From an uncultured virus (IMG/VR IMGVR_UViG_3300029319_000008) (taxonomy: Duplodnaviria; Heunggongvirae; Uroviricota; Caudoviricetes): a stretch of DNA of 64,000 nucleotides. This document shows, piece by piece, positions 30,101-42,600 of the stretch (position 1 is the stretch's first letter; every line of letters begins with the position of its first letter). Where the stretch lies: the IMG/VR virus record IMGVR_UViG_3300029319_000008. The stretch is one strand, 5' to 3'. Below the pieces are notes generated by a model. That model searched no databases and had not been told where the DNA came from. It saw only the letters and a program-made list of their open reading frames with translations. The position numbers were made by a program, and so were the translations under genes.

Positions 30101-33100
30101 AACGGTAGCAGTTACTGTATCACCAACATCATATCCAAGACCACTCCATGTAAGTGGTGGAGTGACATTAGTTACAGTATAAAGATCTGATGGAACTGTA
30201 TATGATGCTCCAGCACCACCACTTGTTAAACTATTTCCATCTTCATCAACATATGTAAGATCTGAATTATTGAATGTTAAAGCATCACCAGCTTGATATT
30301 GATTATTTCCATTATCTGTTATAGTAATTGAAGTAACAGAACCTCCTGTAACATCAATTGATGCCTCTGCACCACTACCATTACCACCATTAAGAGGAAC
30401 ATTACTGTAGGAATTATCTGTATATCCACCACCACCAGTAACTGTTCCACCTTCAATACCTTTGACTGTTACTGTACCTTGACCACCTGTACCTGTACCA
30501 GTTTGATTGTTTTGACCTTGAATATTAGTAAGAGAAAGATCTTGATATACTCCTGGAACGTATCCAGAACCTGCTTGAGTTACTGTTCCATTAAATGCTA
30601 AAACTGTAACATCAATTCTAAGACCAACTCCTGTTCCTCCTGAAACAGGTAAATCTACATAAGTACCAACTGTATATCCAGAACCCCCTTGTCCAACTGA
30701 AACTGTATCTGGAACTGATGATGAAATATTAATATCACTTAATGATCTAAATTCTCCAGGAGCAATTCTAACCACTGAAGCATTGTTAGAAACTAAATCA
30801 AAGAATCCATCTCCAAGATCAACTGCTTTTCTAATACCAGTGTCTTGATCTCCATCAAATGCTAAAGAAAGACGAGTGCTACCAGAAATAAATGTTTCTA
30901 AGTTAACTCTTTGATTTAAGTTAATTTCAGAACCAGTAAATGGTGTTAAATTAATATCACCTGATGTTGTTGAAATAGTGTTACCAAAGAAAGTAAATGC
31001 ACCTACCTCAATGGACGTTGGAAGGATCGTGGTGGTGTCTGCACCAGCAGATACTAGTAATTGGTCAAAACTAGTTCCAGCACCTGCTCCAGCACCTCCT
31101 GACCCTGCGAAAGAAAGAGTTCCTTTCTCTTGGTCAACTAAGAAAAGATCTCCAACACGGAAATCACCACTTTGGTCGGTAGATGTGAAAAATACACGAC
31201 CATTATTTTGCTCAATAACTTCATTTGATTGTACAACCAAACTTACGTCATTATTATCATCTTTACCTACACCAATGTATCCAAAATTATGACCGATAAG
31301 ACGTAAACTTACACCTTGACCATCAGCAGAAACTCCCTTCTCACCATAAACGTTGGCAGAAGAAAGAGAACGTAACTCAGCACCAAAATTAGTGTAATCT
31401 GCAAGAGTTATAAAAGTTGCAGTTCCACCAGCAGTAGTTCTAACATCTTGTGCAACAATACTGTCATCTTCAAATACACCAGCACCATTTGTACCCTCCA
31501 TATGAAGAAGGAGAGCAGTAAATTCATCTGCTAAAAATTGAACTGTAGTTGGGGTAAATGTTGTATTATATCTTGAGGTACCTTTTGATACTCTTACTTC
31601 ATCAATATATCCATTAAATCCAGAACTTCCATCAAATGCTGCACCAATAGTTAAACCTCTAGTTGGAAAGTCATTACCATCAGTATAACTAGAACCAACT
31701 TGAGAACCATCAACAAATAGTTTAGATACACCTGCAGTTCTTGATAAAGCAATATGATGCCAAGTAGTAGCACTAAGTGCGTTTGTTCCAGTAATTACTG
31801 CAGTTCCATTAACATAATATCTAATATCATCTCCATCAATATCAATAACAGGAGAAATTTCTGTAGGGGACTGTGATCTAAAATCAATAACTGTTTTAGA
31901 TCCAGATGTATTGTTAAGATATATAAACGCTTCTAAAGTATATTCTCCAGTACTGAAGTTAAAATCAGAATCAGATGGTACTGTTAAACGATCATCTGTA
32001 CCATCAAATAGTGCTGAAGAGGATCCAAGTTTTGATTGTGCAGTGCTTGTTACAGCATTATCGACTGCACTAACAGTTTTACCAGTAGTTTCATCTGTCG
32101 CAATAAAACGACCCTCACCTTGTCCATCCAAATAAATGTAAGTACCATCATTTTCGTCAATGGTTCCAAAACCACTAACCTTTTGAAAATTTACACTACC
32201 AGCACTTGCTGTTCCACTAAAAACACCATCAATATCAAAACCATTAGTACTAGCAGATGTAATCTTACGAAATTGTGTTAATCCTGTTTGACTACCAGAA
32301 GTGGTATTAATATAAACAAGATCTCCTGCTGATAATCCATGCTGAGAAGATGTCAACGACATTGACAGATTGTTATCAGCACCACTAGTTGTGTATGCAC
32401 CAGTAACTTGTGATGTGCCTGCTTCAATCAAACCGATTTGGTTTCCAGATCCAGCAGTAAAATTACCTGTATCTCCTAAAAGATTTAAACGTGCTCTTGC
32501 AGTTCCAGCAAGACCTGTTCCACCAGAAGGGTTTTCTCCAAAAATACCAATTTGTGCATAGTATGTAAATGAATTTAACCATTCACAACGAACACCATTC
32601 TTAAGATATAAAGCAATTGAATTTGGTACAACAAATGTACATTCGTTAAAAAGAAGAGATGCTGCTACTGTATTTGAATTTGCAACAGAACCATCAAGTA
32701 ATGCACCTCTACCTGCATCTCCTTGATCATATCCTCTAGGGTCAGAAGCACTAGTTACAGAACCCTTTGTAATTACACTTACTCTTTGTATATAAGGTCT
32801 TCTTTCAGTAATAGAAAAATTTGATTTAAATCTAAAACCATAACCAGTGTCATTACTACTATTATAATAAAAATTTCTAATAGTTAAATCTTCAATATTA
32901 ACATTTCCAGAAATTAAAAAACCATCTAAGTCGTTAGTAGCAGTAGTTGGTTGAATAAAAACAGATTTAAGTCCACGTCCTTTAATTGTAACATCACTTG
33001 GAACAGTTAATGGAAAAGTTTCAGTATATGTTCCTGCCTCAACTACAATAGTGTCACCTGCTTGAGCATAATTATCCAATGCATATCTTAGAGAAGCAAA

Positions 33101-33427
33101 TGCTGTAGTTGGTGTTTTACCCCAAGAATTTGATCCTGTTGATGCACCATGTCTTGGATTTACAGAACCAAGTGTCGCCTTATCTGTACCATTTACTGAA
33201 ACAAACCATGTGTTTCCAACACCATCGGTGATGGAACTTGATAACATAGACGGAACAATAGTTTCGTCATTTGGGTCTGCATTCAGAACTTCCCTGATAG
33301 TACCACTGTCATTAATAAACAGCGATCTATCATTAATATTAATAGCAACCTCTCTATCAGAGAGGTCACTAGTCAGTGGTACTGAATTCGGAGTTGTCGA
33401 ACTCTTGATTTTGATTCTGCTTGCCAT
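24157..33427 (-). CDS. Giant modular structural/fibre protein (~3090 aa); the true stop is probably at 24157, across the N gap
   Basis: MASRIKIKSS...EVAIN N-terminus, beta-helix-like head, LamG domain (~31480-32070), many G.GY modules, two cupredoxin-like domains, LPVG....RP....G.VRYN motif. After the gap, another frame reads TTYNIKLVSHTVKR-stop, ending 2 nt before the next ATG. Confidence 0.8.
24202..24211. other. Scaffold gap (10 N)
   Basis: Run of n characters; the true length is unknown. Confidence 0.99.
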
Positions 33428-33575
33428 TTATAGCATTCTCTTTTTCTATAATACTATTTAACCGATTGGATAAATCTTTAACTTTTGCTTCTAATACAAC
33501 ATTAGTAAGAGTCAAATCCGTAATCTTCTTTTGAAGAGTAGCGACTAATACATTAACATCAATTTCATTATTCAT
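33369..33575 (-). CDS. Small conserved coiled-coil protein, 68 aa
   Basis: IDVNVLV...QKKI..LT..NVVLEAK pattern; overlaps the start of the ~3090-aa gene. Confidence 0.75.
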   Translation of the reverse strand: MNNEIDVNVLVATLQKKITDLTLTNVVLEAKVKDLSNRLNSIIEKENAINGKQNQNQEFDNSEFSTTD

Positions 33576-33584
33576 TGATCAACC

Positions 33585-35804
33585 TTAAGTGAATGTACCC
33601 CCATCAATTGTATCAGTCCAGACGGGGACTCCTCCAGCAGTAACTGTCAGAATCTGGAATGATGTGGCAACGTCAGGACCAACTCCTGGGTTTGCCATGT
33701 TTGCAGCAGCAGTTTCTAATAAATTACCTGTGCCATTACCATATAAAATACCTTTTGAATTAAATTCAGACCTACCAGTACCACCATAAGGTGTAGCAAG
33801 GTCTTCATCTAATTCAAGTGTACCCATAACAACAGTTCCTCTAGATGAAGAAACTGAAAGAATACGAACTTCTAAATCGTCAGTAGGTGAATTACCTCCG
33901 ATATTAGCACCAGAAACAGTAAGTAAATCACCGTCTTGGTAATAAGTTCCACCATCAGCAACTGTTACTGAAGAAATTGCACCAGTACCATCTCTTACAA
34001 CTGTAAGAGTTGCACCAGATCCACTACCTCCAGTAGCACTTTGTGCTGTATAAGTTTGGTTTGCTTGTCCTCCTATGACAGTACCGCTATCTTCATCAAG
34101 ATCATTCTTTTCAATAGCAATAGTACCAACAGCACCAACTACATGAGTAAAGATGTTATTAGTGTTAGTTGCATCCTCAATAAATGTGAATGCCCCAGTG
34201 CCATTTGAAGAACCAGTTCTGTCGTAACCAAAGAAACCTATCTTTGTAGTTGCACCATCAAGATATGTATATGCGATACCACGGTCCATTCCATCGTCAG
34301 AACCTTGAGTAATTGTGACTGCATCACCCTCAGCAAGTGCTCCAATAGTTCCACCACCAGCAATACTAATTAATGTAGTAACAAATACTTGAGCAGCAGC
34401 AACACTTGGATCAATGTCCACAGTTTGTGGAGTTCCAGTATTGCCATCTGCTAATTGTAAATTTTCATAAAAAGAACTTTCTCTTAATGATTTACTACTT
34501 AATTGAACAGCAACTGTTGATCCAGTTTGTGAAATAAAAGTACCAATCTGTTCATACACTGAACCATCTTTAGTATAGATAGCAGCACCAACTGATGGAC
34601 TAGAAGAAAATCCAGAAGAAGTACTAAATGTTACTGAAATACCAGAAATTGTTCTTCCAGTACCAATATTTGTTCCACTAATTGCAGACCCAACAATAAT
34701 TCCTGAGGGGTTATCAATTGAAAGTGAAGTTGACCCAGTAACGGCACTTGACTTAATTACTTTTTCACTTACATCATCACCAAGATTAAATACAGGATCA
34801 TTAACTGTCATCTGGGTAGAGTTTACAGTTGTGGTTGTACCAGCAACTTGTAAATTACCACGAACAACTAAATCACCAGCAGCGTCACCATTTCTAGGAT
34901 CTGGATCTAAAATAAGTTGATTACCAGCATTTGTAGAAATTGTATTTCCATCTAGACGAATATTATCTAGATTAAATTGACCAGTTTGGTTAATAGTACC
35001 AGAAACAGTTTGAGTACCATTAAAAGTTACATTTGCTTGGAATGTAGTTTCTGAATTAACAGTTAATGTATCGGTATTAGCAGTACCTATAATTGCATTA
35101 TCATCAACTCTAAGTTCATCTAACCATGCAACACCACCAACTCCAAGACCTCCATCAATAACTACAGCACCAGTTGATACACTATTTGATACTGTTGTAT
35201 CTGCAATATAAATTTGAACTCCATTATCATATTGCCAATCAGCACCTTCAACTCTTACTTTATCAGTAGTTGTTTCATCATAACGTATACTTCCCTCTCC
35301 TAATGTACCAAACTGAATTTTAAGATCATCTTGAAGTCGTAATTCGGGTGTATTGACACCAACACGATCTAATCTTAAAACGTTATCTACTTCATCAAAT
35401 CTAAATTCTATATCTCCAGTCGTTCCGAACTCAAGTTCTTGACTGTCTTCTACAACAAGTTTACCAGTACCGTTTGCTCTAAAAATAAGATCAGTATCTG
35501 TTGTATCAGTTTCAATGACGTTTGCATCAATATTAACGTCATCTACCCTAAAACGATCTACCTTTGAATTATTATCTGTAATAACTGCAGAATCTGATGT
35601 CAATGTACCATGTACATGATCAAGCATATCGGTAAAATACTTACCACCAATTACTTGTACTGTGGTATTGTTATCACCAACAAAAATTCTATCTCCTCTG
35701 TTGACCTGTGTACCAGCACCAACAGTAATAGCGAGTTCACCAAATTCTAACGAAGAAGGTACTGTGGTACCTGTACTTCTTTTTACTAGGATGGTTGATG
35801 CCAT
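33585..35804 (-). CDS. Tail fibre-like protein, 739 aa
   Basis: MASTILVKRS...L.FGELA N-terminus, GNLQVAGTTTTVNST motif, C-terminal IDGGTF. Confidence 0.85.
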   Translation of the reverse strand: MASTILVKRSTGTTVPSSLEFGELAITVGAGTQVNRGDRIFVGDNNTTVQVIGGKYFTDMLDHVHGTLTSDSAVITDNNSKVDRFRVDDVNIDANVIETDTTDTDLIFRANGTGKLVVEDSQELEFGTTGDIEFRFDEVDNVLRLDRVGVNTPELRLQDDLKIQFGTLGEGSIRYDETTTDKVRVEGADWQYDNGVQIYIADTTVSNSVSTGAVVIDGGLGVGGVAWLDELRVDDNAIIGTANTDTLTVNSETTFQANVTFNGTQTVSGTINQTGQFNLDNIRLDGNTISTNAGNQLILDPDPRNGDAAGDLVVRGNLQVAGTTTTVNSTQMTVNDPVFNLGDDVSEKVIKSSAVTGSTSLSIDNPSGIIVGSAISGTNIGTGRTISGISVTFSTSSGFSSSPSVGAAIYTKDGSVYEQIGTFISQTGSTVAVQLSSKSLRESSFYENLQLADGNTGTPQTVDIDPSVAAAQVFVTTLISIAGGGTIGALAEGDAVTITQGSDDGMDRGIAYTYLDGATTKIGFFGYDRTGSSNGTGAFTFIEDATNTNNIFTHVVGAVGTIAIEKNDLDEDSGTVIGGQANQTYTAQSATGGSGSGATLTVVRDGTGAISSVTVADGGTYYQDGDLLTVSGANIGGNSPTDDLEVRILSVSSSRGTVVMGTLELDEDLATPYGGTGRSEFNSKGILYGNGTGNLLETAAANMANPGVGPDVATSFQILTVTAGGVPVWTDTIDGGTFT

Positions 35805-36013
35805 CAGAACGATCCTCCGTTAACTGTTACGTGATTTAACACGTTTGTTGTTTGAAATTTTTCTGTAGTTGCGTTGTAAACCATAACAAATCCTTCACCC
35901 AATCCTACAGTGTTGGTATCAACATCTGCAAGATTTTGTAAGGTGGCAGCACCACCCACAGCAACTCTAGAAACTGATGGGAAACTTTGGTCTCCAAATC
36001 TTACTCTTGCCAT
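35804..36013 (-). CDS. Small fibre-associated protein, 69 aa
   Basis: L.DVD...G.VMVYN...KF...NGGSF pattern; translationally coupled. Confidence 0.8.
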   Translation of the reverse strand: MARVRFGDQSFPSVSRVAVGGAATLQNLADVDTNTVGLGEGFVMVYNATTEKFQTTNVLNHVTVNGGSF

Positions 36014-36352
36014 TTAAATAGTTACTCCTTCTACTATAGTTAGAACACCTTCTAAAACACGAGATTTTATTCCTGTGTCAGAAGTTAATACTACATCATA
36101 AACATATTTACCAGGATGCATTCCTCCAGTAACTGCATTGGTAAGTGAAATTTTCACCGCCCCCATAGATGGAGGAGATGTGATATCAACTACCATTGTT
36201 GTTGACGTTGAACTATCATAGTGTTTCTTAATTAAAGATGCACCACTATATCCAGTTAAGTCAAAGTTTGATCCGTTGTCTTTTGTCACAAAAAATGTGG
36301 ACTCAAAATCAGCACCTTGATATACAATTAAATTGGTTACCGCAGATAACAT
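36014..36352 (-). CDS. Small virion protein, 112 aa (baseplate upper-protein N-terminal-like)
   Basis: NL...QGADF...DLTGY...GKYVYDV...RVLEG pattern. Confidence 0.8.
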   Translation of the reverse strand: MLSAVTNLIVYQGADFESTFFVTKDNGSNFDLTGYSGASLIKKHYDSSTSTTMVVDITSPPSMGAVKISLTNAVTGGMHPGKYVYDVVLTSDTGIKSRVLEGVLTIVEGVTI

Positions 36353-36368
36353 TTACTGTTTTACTACT

Positions 36369-36611
36369 TCATGTTGTATTTATACCACTCGTTAGTTTTA
36401 ACAACATGTCTTTAATTTCGCCAACATCTTTTTTTAATTCTTCAACTTGTTCAGCAGTTCTATTTAATTTTTCTTCGTCTGAACGTAATTTATTCCTAGT
36501 CGCTACATACTTTTCGTATTGACTTTGGTTTGTGTTAATTATTGCACCAGTTTTAGGGTCTCTAGCAAAACTACTATGCCCCTCAACAGGTATTAAGCGA
36601 GTGCTATGCAT
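36369..36611 (-). CDS. Conserved hypothetical protein, 80 aa
   Basis: PVEGH...RDPKTGAIIN followed by a C-terminal coiled coil. Confidence 0.8.
   Translation of the reverse strand: MHSTRLIPVEGHSSFARDPKTGAIINTNQSQYEKYVATRNKLRSDEEKLNRTAEQVEELKKDVGEIKDMLLKLTSGINTT
36377..36384 (-). promoter_or_regulatory. T4-type late promoter TATAAATA
   Basis: Exact consensus ~25 nt upstream of the 112-aa gene start. Confidence 0.7.
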
Positions 36612-39600
36612 CGTAAATCTTTAATAAGTGGAACATCACATGCATTATTAGATCTCAATCTAATCTTAATTGCATATTGTGTAAAAGTATCATCTCCTGT
36701 CAAATCTTCTTGGAATTCATAATCAGAAAAATCAACTTCAGATTTAGCATCAGTGTAACTAGATGGTTTAGTAATTTCATCCCACTGAATTTCATCAGGA
36801 TTTTCTTCATCACCTGCAAGTAATTTAACATAAACATCAAAGTCAGTATTTGAATTATTATAAGCAGAAAGAATAATCTTTAACGAAGTACACTCTTGAT
36901 TAAGAGTGACTGTTTTAGTGATATAATTTGCACCATTAAAATCTTCTAATGCCTCAACTCCAATATTAGTATAAGTACCTGATAAGTCATCTACAAAGAA
37001 TGCTTTATTTGTAAGACCATTAAAATTAGTAATTCTATTATTTGTTGCTACTAAACTAATTCTATCTGTATCAATAACAGGACTTAGATTATCAACAGTG
37101 CTTGATAATTTAACTCTAAAATCAAATGAATTTGCATTAGACATTTGCCTTTGCTCATTAATTAATGAAGCAAGAACTTTTGGTCTGCTAAGATAATTAT
37201 TACTGTTAATAAGAACATTTTTATATGAAGAATCTTTTTTATATGATTCTCTGTACCAATTTTGTACAACAGGTGTTGGTAGTGAATACTCACCATCTCC
37301 AATAGAAGTTCCTGATGTTCCTTTAAACGAACTTTCGACAGTTGTTCCTGGAAGTTCTTTAAATGCCAGCGTAGGCATAAAGGATGTGTATTGTAAATTA
37401 CTACTTGCAGTAACTTCATCACCACCAAAAGTTACATTAGAATTATCAAGATTTCTTCTATATGAATTAAAATCAATTTGATAACTATCAAGAGTAATAA
37501 ATTTTAAATTTTGATGTACTTTATTAATTAATGTAAGAGGAATACCATTTTTAACATATAGTTCTGCTTCCCATTCATCAGCAGATTTAAATCCACCTGA
37601 GGGTGGGTTTTCACCAGAAATATTAGCAATTAATTCAATACTAAATTCGTTATTTGTTACAGTTCCAACTGCAGTAGGATCATAACTATAAACAATTCCA
37701 TTAACAATAATATATCCTGGATTTACAGAACTTGGAGTTGCACCAAGAATACCGTTTCTAGTAGGACTAGATCCAGAATTAAAAATCATTTCAGCAGATC
37801 CTGAAGAACCACTTGCATAGAATTGATTTCTAACTGCATCAGTTCCAGAAGTATCTTGTAATTTAATTGGATTTCCTGATCCTGTTAATCCAGTCCAATC
37901 TGCAGAAAGTTTTGCTGAGATACCACTAGAAACACCTTTAATTTCTACAAAAGAAGAATCATCATGAAGACCATGATTTTTATGATTAACTTTTAAATAT
38001 CCACGTGCAGTTCCACTTTCATTAACAGTTAGTTCAATAGGATCTTGTCTTAATTCTTTGAAGAAAAGATTTCCAGTATTATCGTTAACAAAATCAATAG
38101 TTGGTGTTTCATTTGTTTTGAATTTACATCTGTATATTTTAAATTTCATATCTTGATATTCAGCAGTAGTCCAAGTAGATGCGTTTTGAGATTTAAATAG
38201 AACCCCTGCATAAGGTTGTTTAGAAATTCTTTCTCCATTTAAATCATCTTTACCCATTTCTGATAACCAAACATTATACTCAACAGAAGATGTTAGAAGC
38301 ACAAAACAGTATTCTTTTCTTTCTGCCAAATAAACAGGTGTTTCAAAAGTAAATGTTGTAGTTACAGTAGCATCATCAGAAACTAAAACATCAGAAGGAT
38401 CTTTATTTTCAGTAGCAAGAACAACGGATGATGGATAACCATTTACCATTTCACGAATTTGCATTGTCACTGGGAGAGTATTATCTTTAGTTCTAAAGTA
38501 AACATCTATCTTAGAAATAAAACATCCACCCTGTGGTTCAACTAAGAATGATTGTGCTAATGGGTCATACCAACCACCTGTTCTAGTGGTGGTTCTACTT
38601 GAAGTAATAATTCTATTATCACCTACTACGGTAGTGTCTCTGTTAATATCAGCGTTTCTAACAAGAAGGGTATCTTGTTGTTTAGTAAGAATAGTTCCTC
38701 TTGCACTATAAGTATTCTCTGCAGAACTATCTACAACACCAGGTATTAGAGAATTAGTTGGACTATCTGTTAATCTTACAACAGAATCACCAGTTTTCCA
38801 TCTAGGATTACCATCTACTGAAGGATCTGGAATAAAAATACTAACACGAATGTTACCTTTTTCATCAGCAATAAGATGTTTTTTAGTAACTTTTGCTGTT
38901 GCACCTGAAGTAAGACCAATAATAATATCACCCTCAACAAGGTATCCTCCAAATGTACTACCTGCTAATTTGTTTGTAGTACTAAGATTAAGGTTTAAAA
39001 ATGTAGAAGAATTATTATATGCAGTAATGTTAATGGGATTTCCTGTATATGGATCTATTTCATATGGTTTGTTTAATCTAGCAATACCTCCTCTAGGATT
39101 CCCTAATTTACATTTAAATTTTCTACCTTGTCTAGCACCAGAAAGTGTGATATTTTCTCCTGCTTGGAATGGAGTATTACCACGCATTTCAATTTCAATA
39201 ATTTTAGGAGTTGCATAAGTGCTAACATTTCTACCTTCTAAGAATGGATAAACCCTTACGTTTGGTTTTAATCTATAACCAGTAAGTAAGAAATTTCTAG
39301 ATCTTTTCCATCTTGCATACTTAGTTTCTACAACTCTATCACCAAGAACTTTTCTATCAACTCTTGGAGTAATTTGTGGTCTAATTCCAGTTCTAGTTTG
39401 TGAACTTGTAGTAGTTATAGTAGTTCTTGTAACTTTCCTAACGTGTGGCCACTTATCTCTACGTTGTTTAGATGTAGTACTAGAAGAACTACTACTAGAC
39501 CATTGTGTTTCCCATGCATTCCACTCTGTTGGTGCAAACCCAGTGTTTGGATCAGCACCCATTTCTGCTATTGTTGCTGTATAATCACCTTCTACAGGAG

Positions 39601-42600
39601 TAAGTGTTTCTGGTAATCTTTTTTCATCAATCCAATCATCAGATGCTGGGAAGATATTCATTAATCCAACCCAAGATACTACAGCAAATGGGTTTACATT
39701 TTCAGAAACTGCAGCATAAGGTTGTTCAACCAATAATTGATCGGTATAATCAAGCATTAAGAGGTCACCCTTAATATAATTTGTAGGTTCTTCTTTATAA
39801 ACTAAAGATACATTAGTTGTATAGTGTTGTGGTCTAAGTTCTCCAAAAGAAAAATCAATTGAACATTTATAGTTTGGATGGAATGGTTGACCAATAGCAT
39901 GAGAGGTAAAATTATCTACAAGGAATCCATTCTTTAAACGATTATTACCACTTCCATCAGGAATAAACAAATTAGCAGTATCAGTTTCAAGTAAACTTAA
40001 TTGTGTATAATATTCTACATTTTCAATTCTATTTTCTAACTGACCAATATCTTTCATAGTATATCGTCTATTAGTAGACCTTTCAAAAGTAACATCTTCA
40101 AGATCTCTAACATATGCTGGCATCTTAAGTTGCCCAACCTTCATAGCATTTGCTAATGATTCTTCAGGTTCTTGTGGTGTTAGTGCTGGATTTCCTTTTT
40201 TGTTAATAAAAACACCATTCTTATCTAAATAAAGGTCATCAATTCTAGGTAAGTAATACTCAATATCACCATCAGTAGTTCCTGTTGGAATAATTTCTGC
40301 ACCAAAACTATAGTTTCTATTTTCAAAATCTGCTAAAGTTGTAGATGAAGCAATTTGTGTTAAATTAATAGTGTATGGTGTGGTATAATCACCATCTCCA
40401 GAAAGAATATTACCTTGATTAGTTCTCCAATCAATTAAATTGCTAAGATAAATTTTTTCTCCTTTGTAATTAAAATAAGGAATTTCTTTGTAATCTGCAT
40501 CATAATATGAATTAACGGTATAAAATTTACCAGCAACTTCATCTTTAAACCAATCTAATACAATCCAAAGTTTTCCAGATACAGCACTAGCAGAAGATCT
40601 TTTCCTTAAAGAAGACCAATCAAATGATTGAGGTCTTTGACCATCATTTAATTTGTATCTTTTTTTAATATCAATGACACCATTATTGTCTACAACACTA
40701 ACTGTTCTAGTAATTCCTGTTTCTTTTGATTTAATATCTTCATTAACTACAAATCTAATTTTACCAATGTATGTGTAATAAACTGTAGTTCCAGCTTGAC
40801 TAATAATACGTGCTTTTGCACCACTACTTAAACCCTCAATAACCTCTCCAACTGAAAATGTACCACTACCACCTTCTAAAGTAAGTTTAGGAATTGCTTC
40901 TTCTTTAGTATCACTATTATAAATTGCATGAATTTTACACGCACGTGTTAAACCTAAACGAAGAATCTCATCATTAATATCATACTTATTATTAACAGTA
41001 TCAGTTTCTAATTGAAGAATTCTCATCTTCTGTAAAGAAGATAGTGTGATGTTAGGATTACTAATTTTTTGTGGACCAAATAAAGTAAATGCTGCATTAC
41101 TTGAACTATTTCTACCAGTAATAGTAGCAGTTAAAGTACCACCAGTAACACTAATACTAGTTAATGCTAAATTTTGTGCATCTTCATTATTAACTCTAAT
41201 TGTATAATCACCAGGAGTTGTTGAATAATATTCTCCAACAATACTAATACCATTACCAGAAGTAGTTCCTGTATGATGAGTTAGTACATTTTGTGCTTTT
41301 AAATCAGTAATTGTTTTAATATCATTTAAACCATACACTTCAAAAAAGAATGGTTTAAATGATCCTGTAAACTTATTAGAACTAGTGACTAATGTATAAT
41401 CTACAGCATTAAAAGTTAAACGATCAATATCTCTTACTTTTTTAGTAGGATCTGTAATTACAATATTTGATAATCTAACAAAATTTTGTGTAGCACTTTG
41501 TGTATAATCAACTAAACTTGCAAATCCAATTGTAGTACCTACGCCTTCTTTTAACCCTACTAATCTATTACCATCAGCAAGTACACTTGCAAGATTACTT
41601 TGAGGTATTTTTTGATCTGCTGCAAGATTAAATCTTAAACCTCTACCATCTGTTGAAATAGTTCTATTATTTTGATCTTCAGTAGTTCTTGGTTTTTCAA
41701 TATCTACATATGTATTTGAAATAGTTTCAATTTCATAACCACGTACGTATGACTTACCTGGAGAAACTACAATTTCAAATAAATCATCAGATGGAGTAGC
41801 ACCTGCAGATGTTTCTTTTCCAAATTCAAATACTCCGTTATTATTACCATCGTCCAAACACTCTTGGGTAGAAAATTCATATGGAGTTACCTCATAATCT
41901 CCTGATTCATCAAAAGTTCTTCTAGCAAGAGTATCTTCTAATGTAGCAGCAATCTGTGCTTTAGAAGTGCTTACAATTTCTTGACACTTACCTTCTTCAA
42001 GTTTAAGTAACTCAATAAAATCAATAATAGTAGTGTCATCTAATGCTTTTTTGACTAATACTGCTCTAAATTTTAATCTATGTGCTCCAGGAGCAGAATA
42101 GTTAGAATAACCCTGTGAGGGATCATTTAAAGTAGAATCATCTTCTGGAGTAACGATTTCTTCTAAAACTTGTAAACCAACTCTATAAGATGGAACTACG
42201 CCAAACTGATCAAGAACGATTTCTTGTTCTGGTACAGTTACAAAATTACCTTTAATAAAATAAATTCCAGCAGTTATTTTTGCAGAAGATCCAGTTGCAG
42301 TTGCCTGAGAAGTGATGCACTTTGCAAAATCAGTATTTTCCTGAATAACAGTTGTTCCTAATGAAAATGATTCTTCACTTAAAACAATTTCATCATCTTC
42401 AAAAGTAACGTATTGAGTGTTTGTTACCTCATCATTACCACCTGCATTAATATATTTGATGTAGAGAGTTGTTTTACCTTTTTCAGATTGATCAGAAGTA
42501 AGTGCATTAACAACCTTCGCCTTTACACCAGAAGTATTACCTCTAATAATTTTACCAACAATAACAGGAGTTCCATCTGTATTTGTGTTAGTAACTAAAG

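Noticed and set aside
6471..35804. Diversity-generating retroelement or invertible tail-fibre cassette
   Set aside because: No reverse transcriptase or invertase in the window. I saw no near-identical template/variable repeat pair or flanking inverted sites by eye; a dot-plot would be needed to exclude this fully.
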